Source: an uncultured Gammaproteobacteria bacterium
Lineage (GTDB): Bacteria > Patescibacteriota > Patescibacteriia > UBA11705 > JABHMO01
Direction of reading: 5' to 3'
DNA length: 64,000 nt
Assembly: GCA_964565345.1 (NCBI GenBank)
Contig: CAZMEQ010000005.1
Span: 275-64,274 of the forward strand
The position numbers and the translations under genes are program-made. Numbering within the stretch: position 1 is the first letter of the stretch; every line of letters begins with the position of its first letter. This document shows positions 19,741 to 30,795 of the stretch, piece after piece. Under the pieces are notes generated by a model that saw only the letters and a program-made list of their open reading frames with translations, made no database searches and had not been told where the DNA came from.

Positions 19741-21268
19741 AATATACGATCCGAAATGGTTTGGCGGTGTTTTCCTAAAAAGCTTACTGCTCATTTTTTT
19801 ATACGAAGTTTTTTCCGCCCTCAATCACATATTTAATAGCTCTTTTAACACAGGACAAATATTGTCTGCTATATTTTTTGTAATCGTTTTTTTTGTTTGC
19901 ATAAAAAGCCCAAAAGTTGGCCTTTACTTGGCCTTAATTGAACTACTTATTGGTTCGCAAGGTCATGGCCTTGATGTTTTTCTGGGACAGCAAGCAATCT
20001 CTCTTCGCATGATTTTATTTTTAGGCACTATGTTGGGCTGTTTAGTTATGAGATCGAAGAGAGATTTTTTGAGCTTTATTCTTTCTTATTTAAGAAAAAA
20101 TAACGTTCTTATTGTTTTCGGTGCTATTTTTGTTTTTGGTATCTTTATGGCTTTTGTAAGAGCCAACCCTTTAAACTATATTATAAATGATGCTAATGCC
20201 TGGATTTACTTTTTCTATATATTCCCAGCATTATATTTCTCTAAAAATCCAAACAATTTAAAAAATCTTTGGCCTATTGTTATTGCGACAACACTAAGCA
20301 TTGCTATAAAATCACTCTTATACTTATATGTCTTTTCACATAAATTTGAAAATCTACAAGTGTTTCTTTACGATTGGGGACGAGATACACGCTGGGGTGA
20401 ATTCACGTTAGCTGGTGGTGGCTTGTATAGAATTTTTTCACAAGCCCAAATTTTTAGTATGATAATTGCCTCTGTCATAATTGGTTATTTATTTTTTAAG
20501 GGACGTCATGGCTATTCGCATAATTCCAATAAATATTTAGGTTTAATTTTAAGTATAAATATAGCAACAATAATCCTTTCTCTATCACGCAGTTTTTGGC
20601 TTGGTTTTTTAGCGGCGGTGGTAATAGCTTTTGCGATATCACTTTTTATTTACCGTTTTAAAATTATAAATTCTTTAAGCTTAATTTTACGCACTCTTAT
20701 TTACAGTGGTCTGAGTTTTTTTATTTTGATCTGGGTGCTATTTTTCCCTTGGCCTGAACGAACAGTATTCAACCCCAATCAAGCTTTAAATGACCGTCTT
20801 GAAATTCAAGACCAAGCTGGAGCTAGTCGCTGGAATCAAGTACCACACCTTTTAAAAGCAATTGCTAGACATCCGATTTTGGGATCAGGCTGGGGGACAG
20901 CAATTACATATGAAAGCCGTGATCCACGCATAGCCACGCCAAATAATCCTAAGGGGATTTACACTACATATGCCTTTGAATGGGGCTATTTAGATATTAT
21001 TTTAAAAATCGGTCTTTTGGGACTTGGAACATACTTAGTCTTGATTGGGCAAATTACAAATAAATTTTTAAAACTTATAAACCTTAATAAAAAAGAGCAC
21101 TTTCGCAATGCGCTTTTATGGGGCTTTATTTTGGGTTTAATTGCTCTATTGACCACTCACATGTTTAGTCCTTACCTTAATCATCCCCTGGGCATTGGTT
21201 ACCTAATAATCATGTTATGTGTAATGGAACACTTCCACTACTCAAGTATCGAGCCAATAAAATCTTGA
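19724..21268 (+). CDS. O-antigen ligase/polymerase-like membrane protein
   Basis: Many TM helices, SLSRSFWLG, HPILGSGWG; start uncertain. Confidence 0.75.
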   Translation: MVPDIKIYDPKWFGGVFLKSLLLIFLYEVFSALNHIFNSSFNTGQILSAIFFVIVFFVCIKSPKVGLYLALIELLIGSQGHGLDVFLGQQAISLRMILFLGTMLGCLVMRSKRDFLSFILSYLRKNNVLIVFGAIFVFGIFMAFVRANPLNYIINDANAWIYFFYIFPALYFSKNPNNLKNLWPIVIATTLSIAIKSLLYLYVFSHKFENLQVFLYDWGRDTRWGEFTLAGGGLYRIFSQAQIFSMIIASVIIGYLFFKGRHGYSHNSNKYLGLILSINIATIILSLSRSFWLGFLAAVVIAFAISLFIYRFKIINSLSLILRTLIYSGLSFFILIWVLFFPWPERTVFNPNQALNDRLEIQDQAGASRWNQVPHLLKAIARHPILGSGWGTAITYESRDPRIATPNNPKGIYTTYAFEWGYLDIILKIGLLGLGTYLVLIGQITNKFLKLINLNKKEHFRNALLWGFILGLIALLTTHMFSPYLNHPLGIGYLIIMLCVMEHFHYSSIEPIKS

Positions 21269-22182
21269 TGACCATTTATGAAATCCGAAACGAGTGCTTC
21301 TTTTTTTGATTCCAGTTTTACTTTTAACAACTCAATAGCACCGTCGCGACATTTTACAAAAACTCGTCTACCATCCTTGAAAACAATTCCATTTGGTTTA
21401 TCTGATGGGACAACATCAACCCTTTGGACCTCAATTAAATCTAGTTTTTGTTTTTTGTAAAAACAATAAAGTCCAGGCCAATTATGATAAGCGCGAAACT
21501 TATTTATAATCACTGAACAACTTTCATTAAAATCTAGTTTGCCATCGAGTTTATCTATTTTGACACAAAAACTCGCCTGTTCGTGTTCCTGTTCTTGAAG
21601 CATAATTTTATTTTCCAAGTAGGGTATTATGACTTCGTCTAGCATCCGTGCACTCTTTAAGGCAAGCTCCGACTCCAAAGTTGCGTATTTCGCATTTTCT
21701 ACTAAGTCAATTTCCGCTTGCACTAAAATCGGGCCGGCATCCATCTTTTCGTCCAGCTTAATAATAGACACGCCTGTTTTTTTATCTCCTTTTAATAAGG
21801 CGGATTGAATTGGTGCCGGTCCACGATATTTGGGCAATAATGATGGATGAACATTTAAACACCCACCAGGACAAACATTAAGCAGGTCTGGCGGCAAAAT
21901 CTTTCCATAAGCCGCAACAACTATCAAATCTGCTTTGACATCTTTAATTTGTTGTAGTAATTCATTATTATTTTTCAGCTTTGATGGTTGCAAGCAAGGA
22001 ATATTATTACTTTGGGCCAAAATTTTTGTCGGTGGTATCATTATTTTATTTCCTCGTCCTCCAACCTTATCAATTTCAGTTATCACTAACGGTACAGTGT
22101 ATTTTTCTAAAAGCATTTCTAAAATTGGTATCGAGAAGTTTGCCGAACCAATAAAAATAACTTTTATGTCTTTTTTATTCAT
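21238..22182 (-). CDS. fmt: Methionyl-tRNA formyltransferase
   Basis: VAAYGKI, NVHPSLLPKYRGPAPI, MDAGPI. Confidence 0.95.
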   Translation of the reverse strand: MNKKDIKVIFIGSANFSIPILEMLLEKYTVPLVITEIDKVGGRGNKIMIPPTKILAQSNNIPCLQPSKLKNNNELLQQIKDVKADLIVVAAYGKILPPDLLNVCPGGCLNVHPSLLPKYRGPAPIQSALLKGDKKTGVSIIKLDEKMDAGPILVQAEIDLVENAKYATLESELALKSARMLDEVIIPYLENKIMLQEQEHEQASFCVKIDKLDGKLDFNESCSVIINKFRAYHNWPGLYCFYKKQKLDLIEVQRVDVVPSDKPNGIVFKDGRRVFVKCRDGAIELLKVKLESKKEALVSDFINGHQDFIGSILE

Positions 22183-22654
22183 CTATTTTCAATTCGCCCT
22201 GGGTAATTTTAGTCATCTTGTCAATAAATAAAACACCATCCAAGTGATCGACCTCATGCTGAAGAACACGTGCAAATAAGCCAGATGCTTTTAGTTCTAT
22301 TTTTTCAGCTTTAGTATTATATGCAACAACGCTTAATTTTTTATGTCTTTTTACCAAACCATAAACACCAGGCACACTAAGACAACCTTCTTCACCCGAT
22401 TCTTTGAGCCATGACTTTTTTTTAAGCATCGGATTTATCAAAATTAAGGCCTCGTCTTTATAAGCCACAGCAATAATTCTTTTAAGCACGCCTATTTGTG
22501 GGGCCGCTAAACCAATACCATCTTTTTTGAACATTGTTTCGCCCATGTCCTTTAAAAATTTTTGCATATCTTTACTGCAAATATCGCCAACTAATACTCT
22601 TTCTGATTTTTTTCGTAACTCTTTATTAGGAATTGTTAAAATTTTATGTATCAT
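22175..22654 (-). CDS. def: Peptide deformylase
   Basis: GIGLAAPQIG, EGCLS, QHEVDHLDG. Confidence 0.96.
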   Translation of the reverse strand: MIHKILTIPNKELRKKSERVLVGDICSKDMQKFLKDMGETMFKKDGIGLAAPQIGVLKRIIAVAYKDEALILINPMLKKKSWLKESGEEGCLSVPGVYGLVKRHKKLSVVAYNTKAEKIELKASGLFARVLQHEVDHLDGVLFIDKMTKITQGELKIDE

Positions 22655-22674
22655 ATTTCGCTTAATTTAGATAA

Positions 22675-24540
22675 TTATAGCAAGTCAATAGGGGAGCTGT
22701 CAACGCTCCAATAATCTGGAACCAGCTTTGATAACAACTCCATATTCTTTTCAACATTATCCAGAACTTTAATTGTAATAATATAACGATATCTTTTTCT
22801 TATTTTGGTTAAATAGTAAAGATACGGTTCAGACACTTTAACTGTTTCTCGGTCAAAATTTTTTTCTAACTTGATATGAAAATCCGTCGCCTCACGTAGG
22901 CAGATCTGACGATCATGATGCTGAAAAAAAACTTTTATTAAGCGACTAAAAGGGGGATATCCATACTCTTTTTTATTTCTTAGTTCGATTTGGAAAAAAC
23001 TTGCATATCCCAATGATAAATTTTTAATGACATCATTCTCGGGAAAATAAGTTTGTATTATAACTTGTTGTTCATTTTTAAGCTGCAAAACAAATTCATT
23101 CAAAAACCTATACAATCTATAGTTAGTATTAAAATCACTCCGAAACAAAAGATTATCAAAGTAAGCAACAATTATGCCTGCAAAACGTTCCAGATTTGGC
23201 ACAGTCTCTGTCCCAGTAGCTAAAATTATACTGGCCTGCTTATTATCTAATTTATCACTGCATTTATATTCCGTAGATACTTGCTTAATTATTTCTTTAA
23301 TACCAAGTCCTTGACCCTTTATTTTAACAGAACCGCACTCTGGACAATTGGTAGGTGCTAGAATCTTTTGTTGGCAGCCGCCACAAACAAGTTCCTGGTT
23401 CTCGTTTAAAGAATAGGGCAATGCACATTGCGGGCAATTAAAAGTATGGCCACACTCCGCACAAACCATGCGGCTAAAACTACCTGTTTTATTAAAAATC
23501 AACAAAACTTGTTTTTTATTTTTGGCCGCCTGCGTTATAAACATTTCCGCTTGATATGATAGAAAAAAATATCGTCTTTTAGGTTCCTCTTTCATATTTA
23601 CAATTCGCGGCAAAGGTTTTTTATTCGTTTCCAAATTAAGATATTGATACTGTTCCTGCTTACAAAAATAAGTATCTTCTGGCCGCGGGTACGGAGAAAC
23701 TAAAACGACCCTACTACCTGTTTGCTCTTGATGCTTTTTTATAACGTCCAAACAGTTATAATAAGGCGTTTGATCCCACTGTTTATAATCATCGGAATCG
23801 ATACTATCAGCAATCACCAATGCTGTTTTTTGATTCAAGTAAAAACAAGCCGAACGCGTACCAATTACAATCTTGATTTGCTGTGCTTTAATTTTCTGGG
23901 CAAGATCAAAAAACTCGCTTTTGCTTCTTCTTTTACTTCCAATCAACAAACAAGACTTTAAGCTTAGCTCTTTCGGTAGCTGCTCATAAAATAACTTAGC
24001 ACTATTTAAGTCAGGGAAAAACACAAAGGCCTGGCTCTGGTTAAGTCCGAGAAGCTGTTCATAAAATCCAAATTTAACTTTTGGGTCAAGAGCTGAAACT
24101 AAATACTTTTTTCTTGTTGAACCAATTATTGCTTGTGCAGTTCTCTGAATAGGCAAGGGAATTTTTTGATTCTTTTCGGTAGGCTTATTCGGACTATCGA
24201 TCTTTGCTTTCATTTTTTTCAACGGAGGCGGTGGTTGCATTAAAGCCAAGGTTGTTCCGAGAGAAATAAAATTGTATTTACTAAACCATTTTAAAAATTC
24301 TAATTGATAACTATCCAGCCTGGCTAATGTTTCTATGGTTTTTATTTCAGTGGGTGATTCAAAACTACTTTTTTCAATAAAACCAATAAAGCAGCCATAA
24401 ATATTACGGCGCGCAAAAGGTATTTTTATAATTTGCCCAACAATTAAGTTTTTAGCCAAAGTACTATCTATTTGATAATCAAAACAACCAAGTTTTCTTG
24501 GTAGTTTTGTAAGTGGAATAAATTGTGCTATACGCAACAT
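22675..24540 (-). CDS. priA: Primosomal protein N' with degenerate helicase motifs
   Basis: N-terminal FDY/IPF domain, IGTRSA, four CxxC, IIQT, YPPF; next to def-fmt. Confidence 0.85.
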   Translation of the reverse strand: MLRIAQFIPLTKLPRKLGCFDYQIDSTLAKNLIVGQIIKIPFARRNIYGCFIGFIEKSSFESPTEIKTIETLARLDSYQLEFLKWFSKYNFISLGTTLALMQPPPPLKKMKAKIDSPNKPTEKNQKIPLPIQRTAQAIIGSTRKKYLVSALDPKVKFGFYEQLLGLNQSQAFVFFPDLNSAKLFYEQLPKELSLKSCLLIGSKRRSKSEFFDLAQKIKAQQIKIVIGTRSACFYLNQKTALVIADSIDSDDYKQWDQTPYYNCLDVIKKHQEQTGSRVVLVSPYPRPEDTYFCKQEQYQYLNLETNKKPLPRIVNMKEEPKRRYFFLSYQAEMFITQAAKNKKQVLLIFNKTGSFSRMVCAECGHTFNCPQCALPYSLNENQELVCGGCQQKILAPTNCPECGSVKIKGQGLGIKEIIKQVSTEYKCSDKLDNKQASIILATGTETVPNLERFAGIIVAYFDNLLFRSDFNTNYRLYRFLNEFVLQLKNEQQVIIQTYFPENDVIKNLSLGYASFFQIELRNKKEYGYPPFSRLIKVFFQHHDRQICLREATDFHIKLEKNFDRETVKVSEPYLYYLTKIRKRYRYIITIKVLDNVEKNMELLSKLVPDYWSVDSSPIDLL

Positions 24541-24542
24541 AT

Positions 24543-25331
24543 TTACTTAAACTTGGCTTCGCCGACCAAATAACCGACCCCGAAAGGGGATTCGTAACTT
24601 AAAACATGAAAATCGTAATCCATTTTTTTAATCACGCCCAGCATAATCAAGAATGAACGCAAGCCACATTCCGCAGCATTTTCTATTAAATCAGTATCTA
24701 AATTTAAAATGTTTTCAACGTTCCTCTTTTTTAATAATTGGATCATTTTTTTATCAAACTCTTTCGCTTCTGGCGAGAAACCGGCCGGTGCATGATAAGA
24801 TAAACGATGAGATAAATCACCAGAAGCAATTATGGCGTATTTTTTATCAAGAGAAAAACAAGCCTCTTTAATAGCTTCGCCTAGTTTAATGTGCATCTCA
24901 TAATTCAACATGGCGTAATTAATTGGCACGATACGACAATTTTTCTTTTTTCTTGTTAAAAAATACAGCGGCACTGAAAATCCATGGTCTAAATTGTCAC
25001 CATAAGTCAATTGTATGGGTAATTTTGTTTCGTTTTGACTCCTTAGTTGGTTGATAAAAACTAAATCTGACTTGAACTCCAGTTCTGTGCTAAAATCTCC
25101 AAAATCGTGCAAACTAGCCGTATAATTACTCTGTGTGTTAACAATAAAATTATCGCTGTTAATGCCTCCGTGCGGCGAAATTATAATTATTGTATCTGGT
25201 GCGGCTTGATTTAAATCGTCTTCAAGTATATCAAATGCCTTGAGTGTTTTCTTAAGCTTTTTTTGATTTTCTTTGCCAATACTGGGAATTAAAATGGGGG
25301 AGTGTGGCACAATGCTGGCGAAAACTAACAT
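24543..25331 (-). CDS. Memo/LigB-family protein (AmmeMemoRadiSam B-like)
   Basis: PHSP, ISPH, LDHG, ASGDLSH, AECG, YESPFGVGY. Confidence 0.85.
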   Translation of the reverse strand: MLVFASIVPHSPILIPSIGKENQKKLKKTLKAFDILEDDLNQAAPDTIIIISPHGGINSDNFIVNTQSNYTASLHDFGDFSTELEFKSDLVFINQLRSQNETKLPIQLTYGDNLDHGFSVPLYFLTRKKKNCRIVPINYAMLNYEMHIKLGEAIKEACFSLDKKYAIIASGDLSHRLSYHAPAGFSPEAKEFDKKMIQLLKKRNVENILNLDTDLIENAAECGLRSFLIMLGVIKKMDYDFHVLSYESPFGVGYLVGEAKFK

Positions 25332-25335
25332 ATGA

Positions 25336-26709
25336 TTATTTTTTATAATCTAAATCTAAATATTCTCCTTGGGGAATATTGCTTAATGCCTTTTCAGGGA
25401 CTTCTTTAATATTTTCCCACTTATATCCTAACCCCTCAAACACAGTTGCTGACGAAATTGGCATTTTAAGACCGTTGGCAATAACATAAACAGCAGCGTT
25501 TTCCTTTGATTTTACTAAAGTCCCGTCCTTAATCTTGACTGAATCCATACGTGGAAATTTATCTAACTCCAAAGTACTAACTGGGGTTATCTTCATCTTG
25601 GGGAAATTAATCTGCATTATTTCTTTTGCAATAATTGGATACTTGTAACCATCTACAACATAATAAACACCTCCAGTTGCTTTATCTTGAAGCAATGCAC
25701 CAGCAGGGTATGTGCTTGTTATAGTTATAACATCACCTAGCTCATAAGTAGCTAGCTCTTCTAGTGTAATACTTTCAAATTCTTCAGGATTATAACCTAA
25801 TTGTCTAACCACCTCTCTTGATTCAAACTTTTTTAATTTATCATCAACTAGCATGTAGACAGAAGAATCCGGTGTGGTTAGCAATGAATAATTGGGGTAT
25901 TTAATGGGTGCTCCAATTTCGTATTTTTCAAGTTCACTTGGACTCACTATAATAATATTTTTAAGATCATACCTTGAGATCAAAGCTGCTTTTGATTGGA
26001 AAGCGCGACGTTGGCCATTTTTAAGCACCCAAACACCCGATTCTTTTTCACCTTGCAATAATGTTCCATCAGGATACTTTTGCGAAAACCAGTGTCCCCA
26101 AATTTTCCAAAAATTATAATTGCCAGTTACGTGTGGGGTATAGTTATATAAATTAGCTGTTGCTTGATTTTGCATGAAAATATCTTGTCCACTTATATTA
26201 TAAGACTTTCCGGCACGTTTAACCCAACCATTTTGAGCATTTTCATAAAACCATCTTTGAACACCAGCGGCTCTGTCAACCTGAATACCAAAACCCTTTA
26301 AGGCCAAAACCTTGGGATCATTAACACTGCAATTGTCACAAACACCATAACCCATGGCCCAATCATATTGAGATTGCTTCGGTGTAGCGTCTTCAACCAA
26401 ACTCATTTCTTTTTGAAGCATGACTAATAAATACATGGGATTTATCTTGTGTTCCTGGGCCGCATTATAGATTATTTCGCTGGCCGAGCGGGCAACACCA
26501 TTGACATCAGTCGCAATTAAAGATTTTAATGTCCCTCCACGCCGATTTAGAAAGTTCTGGATATCCACTAAAGTCATGGTACTGTAATTGGTCATGTCTG
26601 AGTCAGTGATAATATTCCCAGGGTCAAAAGTAGCGGCCTGCACTGAAATAAAAGGTATTAGAAATGACAAAATTAAGCTTAAATTGATGATTTTTTTGAT
26701 TTTATGCAT
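25336..26709 (-). CDS. Secreted protein with putative lysozyme-like domain and C-terminal repeats
   Basis: Signal peptide ending VQA, INPMYLLVMLQKE, NQATANLYNYTP, four repeats of about 60 aa. Confidence 0.7.
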   Translation of the reverse strand: MHKIKKIINLSLILSFLIPFISVQAATFDPGNIITDSDMTNYSTMTLVDIQNFLNRRGGTLKSLIATDVNGVARSASEIIYNAAQEHKINPMYLLVMLQKEMSLVEDATPKQSQYDWAMGYGVCDNCSVNDPKVLALKGFGIQVDRAAGVQRWFYENAQNGWVKRAGKSYNISGQDIFMQNQATANLYNYTPHVTGNYNFWKIWGHWFSQKYPDGTLLQGEKESGVWVLKNGQRRAFQSKAALISRYDLKNIIIVSPSELEKYEIGAPIKYPNYSLLTTPDSSVYMLVDDKLKKFESREVVRQLGYNPEEFESITLEELATYELGDVITITSTYPAGALLQDKATGGVYYVVDGYKYPIIAKEIMQINFPKMKITPVSTLELDKFPRMDSVKIKDGTLVKSKENAAVYVIANGLKMPISSATVFEGLGYKWENIKEVPEKALSNIPQGEYLDLDYKK

Positions 26710-26739
26710 ATAAGTAATTATATCAAAATAAGAACATAA

Positions 26740-26774
26740 GTAAACAGCCCCGCAATTTTAGCGGAGCTGTTTAC
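26740..26774 (-). terminator. Hairpin after clpB
   Basis: GTAAACAGC.CCGC...GCGG.GCTGTTTAC. Confidence 0.6.
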
Positions 26775-26780
26775 GACTGT

Positions 26781-29423
26781 TTATTGGAAGTTTTTTATCA
26801 CAACTTTTTGATTATCGTTGCTGTAGTCTACTGTTACTTTATTTTTAATCTTACCTTCAATAATGTATAGCGCTAGTTCATCTAAAATTTTATTTTGAAT
26901 TAAGCGTTTTAAAGGCCTAGCTCCAAATTGCGGATCAAAACCTTTTTCAACGAGTAATTCTTTAATTGATTTGCTAAAGGTGAGCTTAATCTCCTTATGA
27001 TCCGCCAAACGTTTTGCGACTAAATTTAGTTGTAAATCTACAATTTGCCGGATATCTTCTTTTTGCAAAGCCTCGAAAACAATAATCTCATTAATACGAT
27101 TTAAAAACTCTGGATTAAAAAATTCTTTAAGCCTGTCTTTTACTTTTGATTCAATGTCTTCGTGCTGACTAACTTCAGCTCCTTGAAAGCCAAGGTCACC
27201 GCGTCTATTTAGAGACTGCAAAATCATATCGCTACCGATATTGGAAGTCATGATGATTAAGGTGTTTTTAAAGTTAACTACACGCCCCTTGGCATCGGTT
27301 AATCTCCCGTCATCTAACAGTTGCAACAAAACATTAAAAACTTCTGGGTGCGCTTTTTCAATTTCATCAAACAAAACCACGGAGTAGGGGCGACGTCTTA
27401 CTTTTTCGGTTAACTGCCCGCCTTCGTCGTAGCCGACATAACCTGGAGGGGAGCCAATTAACTTAGAAACAGCATGTTTTTCCATTAATTCAGACATATC
27501 AACTCGAACGATTGCTTCTTCACTATTAAACATAAATTCAGCCAAAGCTTTCGCCAATTCTGTTTTACCAACACCAGTAGGTCCTAAAAACATGAACGTT
27601 CCTATTGGTTGATTTTCTTCCGAAAGTCCGGCACGGGAACGCCTTAAAGCATTAGCCACAGCTTTAATGGCTAATTTTTGTCCAATTACCCGCTTACCCA
27701 ACTCATCTTCCGCATGAGCTAATTTTTCTATTTCACTTTGCAGCATTTTTGATACAGGAATTCCGGTCCACTTAGAAACGACAGCGGCGATATCTTCTTC
27801 TGTAACTTTTTCTTTTAAAAATTTTCTACCACCAGGACCGGTTTGTAGCTTTTTCAAACGAGCTTGTAAACTTTTAATTGCCTTTTCTTTTTCAGGGATC
27901 AAACCATAACGGATTTCGGCCACACGTTCATATTCTGCTTTGCGTTCAAAAATTTCCGCTTCTTGGCGCATTTTATCTATTTCCTTTTTGGCTTCTTGGA
28001 TATCATTGATAAGTTCTCGTTCCTTTTTCCAATGTAGTTCTAATTGATGTGACTTTTCCTTAATTTCAGCCAAATTCTTATTAATTTCGCGCAGTCTTCT
28101 AGTTGTTGTGCTGGTTTTTTCTTTTGAAATAGCTTGCTTTTCAATTTCTAGTCGCATAATGTCGCGTTTCATCAAATCTAACTCTACCGGCATACTATTT
28201 AGTTCGATGCGTAGAGCAGAGGTGGCTTCGTCAACCAAATCAATAGCTTTGTCTGGTAAGAATCTATCAGTAATATATTTTTGAGATAATTTTGCGGCGG
28301 CCACTAAAGCGTCGTCCGTAATACGCACGCCATGGTGAACTTCGTATTTTTCTTTTATTCCACGCAAAATTGCGATAGTATCTTCAACGGTTGGCTCACT
28401 CACAAAGACGGGCTGGAAACGACGTTCTAAAGCCGCATCTTTTTCGATGTGTTTTTGATATTCTTTCAATGTTGTTGCTCCGACACAATGCAAATCGCCC
28501 CGGGCCAAAGCCGGTTTTAACATGTTAGAAGCATCCAGCGTACCCTCGATTGACCCCGCACCAACGATAGTATGTAATTCATCGATAAAAATTATAAAAT
28601 GATCTTTATTCTTTTTAATTTCAGTTAAAATTGCTTTCATTCGTTCCTCAAACTCGCCACGGAATTTTGATCCAGCCACTAATGAACCAATATCCAACGA
28701 TAAAACTTCTTTATCCTTTAAATTTTCTGGGACATCTCCAGAAACAATGCGTTGTGCTAAACCTTCAGCAATAGCTGTTTTACCAACACCAGGTTCACCA
28801 ATTAAAACAGGATTATTTTTTGTTCTACGGGAAAGAACCTGCAAAACTCGACGAATTTCTTCGTCGCGGCCGATAACCGGATCCAGTTTTTCCTGGCGCG
28901 CTTCTTCGGTCAAATTCACAGTATGCTTATTTAGGACATTCATTTTATTTTCCGGCTCAACTGAGTCGACCTTTTGATCGCCACGAACATCAGAAAGGAT
29001 CCGCAAAACTAAATCATAATCAATATGATACAATTTTAAAATTTCACTGGCCGCAGAATCTATTTTTAATAGCGATAGCAGTAAATGCTCTGTGCTAACG
29101 AACTCATCACCTAACTTGTGCGCCTCTTTTTCTGAATTAACTAAAGTAAAATTCATTGACGCAGTTATAAAAACTTGTCCAGCCTGTGGATTTTTCATGG
29201 CGCCTTTTGGCAATCGTTTTAAAGCAGTTTCCACATCACGGATTATACTTTCCACAGGAGATTCGATCTTTTTTAAAACAGTAAGCACAATACTTTCATC
29301 TTGTTGGAGCAACGCATAGAGCAAATGTAGAGTATCGATTTGCGGATGATTATATTCAAAAGCAATAGCCTGAGCCTCTTGCATAGCTTGTTGAGAATTG
29401 GTAGTAAATTTTCTGACATCCAT
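26781..29423 (-). CDS. clpB: Chaperone ClpB
   Basis: Two AAA modules ([16 protein letters not shown]), long coiled-coil middle domain, GARPLKR. Confidence 0.96.
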   Translation of the reverse strand: MDVRKFTTNSQQAMQEAQAIAFEYNHPQIDTLHLLYALLQQDESIVLTVLKKIESPVESIIRDVETALKRLPKGAMKNPQAGQVFITASMNFTLVNSEKEAHKLGDEFVSTEHLLLSLLKIDSAASEILKLYHIDYDLVLRILSDVRGDQKVDSVEPENKMNVLNKHTVNLTEEARQEKLDPVIGRDEEIRRVLQVLSRRTKNNPVLIGEPGVGKTAIAEGLAQRIVSGDVPENLKDKEVLSLDIGSLVAGSKFRGEFEERMKAILTEIKKNKDHFIIFIDELHTIVGAGSIEGTLDASNMLKPALARGDLHCVGATTLKEYQKHIEKDAALERRFQPVFVSEPTVEDTIAILRGIKEKYEVHHGVRITDDALVAAAKLSQKYITDRFLPDKAIDLVDEATSALRIELNSMPVELDLMKRDIMRLEIEKQAISKEKTSTTTRRLREINKNLAEIKEKSHQLELHWKKERELINDIQEAKKEIDKMRQEAEIFERKAEYERVAEIRYGLIPEKEKAIKSLQARLKKLQTGPGGRKFLKEKVTEEDIAAVVSKWTGIPVSKMLQSEIEKLAHAEDELGKRVIGQKLAIKAVANALRRSRAGLSEENQPIGTFMFLGPTGVGKTELAKALAEFMFNSEEAIVRVDMSELMEKHAVSKLIGSPPGYVGYDEGGQLTEKVRRRPYSVVLFDEIEKAHPEVFNVLLQLLDDGRLTDAKGRVVNFKNTLIIMTSNIGSDMILQSLNRRGDLGFQGAEVSQHEDIESKVKDRLKEFFNPEFLNRINEIIVFEALQKEDIRQIVDLQLNLVAKRLADHKEIKLTFSKSIKELLVEKGFDPQFGARPLKRLIQNKILDELALYIIEGKIKNKVTVDYSNDNQKVVIKNFQ

Positions 29424-29435
29424 ATTTTTTATTTA

Positions 29436-29462
29436 TTAGCAGTCTTAATGTTAGAGTGCTAA
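29436..29462. promoter_or_regulatory. CIRCE element (HrcA operator) upstream of clpB
   Basis: TTAGCAGTC-N9-GAGTGCTAA, one mismatch to TTAGCACTC-N9-GAGTGCTAA. Confidence 0.92.
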
Positions 29463-29465
29463 CTA

Positions 29466-29493
29466 ATTATATGATATTACACAAAAATGTCAA
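29466..29493 (-). promoter_or_regulatory. Sigma70 promoter of clpB
   Basis: Minus strand TTGACA-N16-TATAAT immediately upstream of CIRCE. Confidence 0.8.
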
Positions 29494-29562
29494 ATAAAGG
29501 CATGTTATTTAATTTAAGATAAAAAAATGGTACTCTGTTATTAACTAAACTCATATTATCTT

Positions 29563-30753
29563 ATGAATATTGCTAAAGACCTGCTGAATAAAGCGATTAT
29601 TTTGGGAGTTAAAATTGATGATCAACCACTGGAATGGTTTTTGGATGAAGCGCAAAAAATACTAAAAGGGCCCGAAGCTAAAGCCATATTTACTCCAAAT
29701 CCCGAAATCTGCTTAAAGGCAACCCAGCTAAAACACTATCGAGAAATTTTAAACTCAGCGGCTTTTAATTTGCCGGACGGAATTGGCCTTAAATTTGGGG
29801 CAAAAATTTTAGGCACCTCATTAAAAAATCGTGTTACTGGAGTTGATTTCACTGCATCCCTATTAAAAATCGACCAAGTAAAAAATGTTTTTATTATATT
29901 GCGAGACGATTCTTTGGCTCGGCCAGAGGACGTAAGAAAATATTTCAAAAAAAACATTCCTGCACTTAAATACCAAATTGAAATAATTTCTAAATCAGAC
30001 AAACCCGACAAGCACCTAGTGTCAAATATTATAAACAGCCAAGCACAAATTTTATTTGTCTGTTTAGGCGCACCAGAACAAGAAACCTATATTTACGAAT
30101 TACTCAATAAAAACTTAGGGGACAATCTTAAGCTGGCACTAGGAGTTGGCGGGTCTTTTGATTTTTTATGTAACAAAATGCCACGAGCACCAAAACTAAT
30201 GCGTCGTGTAGGTTTAGAATGGTTATTTCGCTTTTATAAAGAACCCAAAAGATTGAAAAGAATCAAACATGCGACTGCTGATTTTCTTCTAAAGTGTTAT
30301 GAATGGTCAAGGCGGATAGAAACCACATATCGCGAAAATGTAATGGGAATTATAAAGAACAAAGCTGGACTTTATTTAATTCAAAAAAATCCACGACTAG
30401 AAAATCACTGGCAATTCCCTCAAGGAGGGATAGATGATAATGAAATTCCTAATGATGCCATACTACGAGAAATATGTGAAGAATTAAATTTTGATGTAAA
30501 ACATTTAAAAATTATCAAAAAATTAAGCGCTGAGAATGCTTATAAATCACCTCCACAATATCAATTGTTACACGGATATAAAGGCCAAAAACAAATTGCT
30601 TTTCTCATTGATTATACAGGAGATGTAGATGCTTCTACTTTTTTACCAACTGACGAAGCGAGCGAAATAAAATGGGTAAAAAGGGAAGATTTACTCCAAC
30701 AAATTCATCCCGTACGCCAAGAATTTGTAAAACGTTTAATTTCTGAAATATAA
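29563..30753 (+). CDS. WecB/TagA/CpsF glycosyltransferase fused to NUDIX hydrolase
   Basis: TPNPE, PDGIG, RVTGVD, LGAPEQE, GVGGSFD, GLEWLFR; C-terminal WQFPQGG...REICEE. Confidence 0.88.
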   Translation: MNIAKDLLNKAIILGVKIDDQPLEWFLDEAQKILKGPEAKAIFTPNPEICLKATQLKHYREILNSAAFNLPDGIGLKFGAKILGTSLKNRVTGVDFTASLLKIDQVKNVFIILRDDSLARPEDVRKYFKKNIPALKYQIEIISKSDKPDKHLVSNIINSQAQILFVCLGAPEQETYIYELLNKNLGDNLKLALGVGGSFDFLCNKMPRAPKLMRRVGLEWLFRFYKEPKRLKRIKHATADFLLKCYEWSRRIETTYRENVMGIIKNKAGLYLIQKNPRLENHWQFPQGGIDDNEIPNDAILREICEELNFDVKHLKIIKKLSAENAYKSPPQYQLLHGYKGQKQIAFLIDYTGDVDASTFLPTDEASEIKWVKREDLLQQIHPVRQEFVKRLISEI

Positions 30754-30784
30754 AAAACCAGCCAAGAGGGTGTGCTCTGGCTGG
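30752..30784 (-). terminator. Intrinsic terminator of islet 2
   Basis: CCAGCCA...TGGCTGG hairpin; its U-tract is the A run overlapping the TAA of the convergent gene. Confidence 0.75.
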
Positions 30785-30795
30785 ACTTGAACAGG

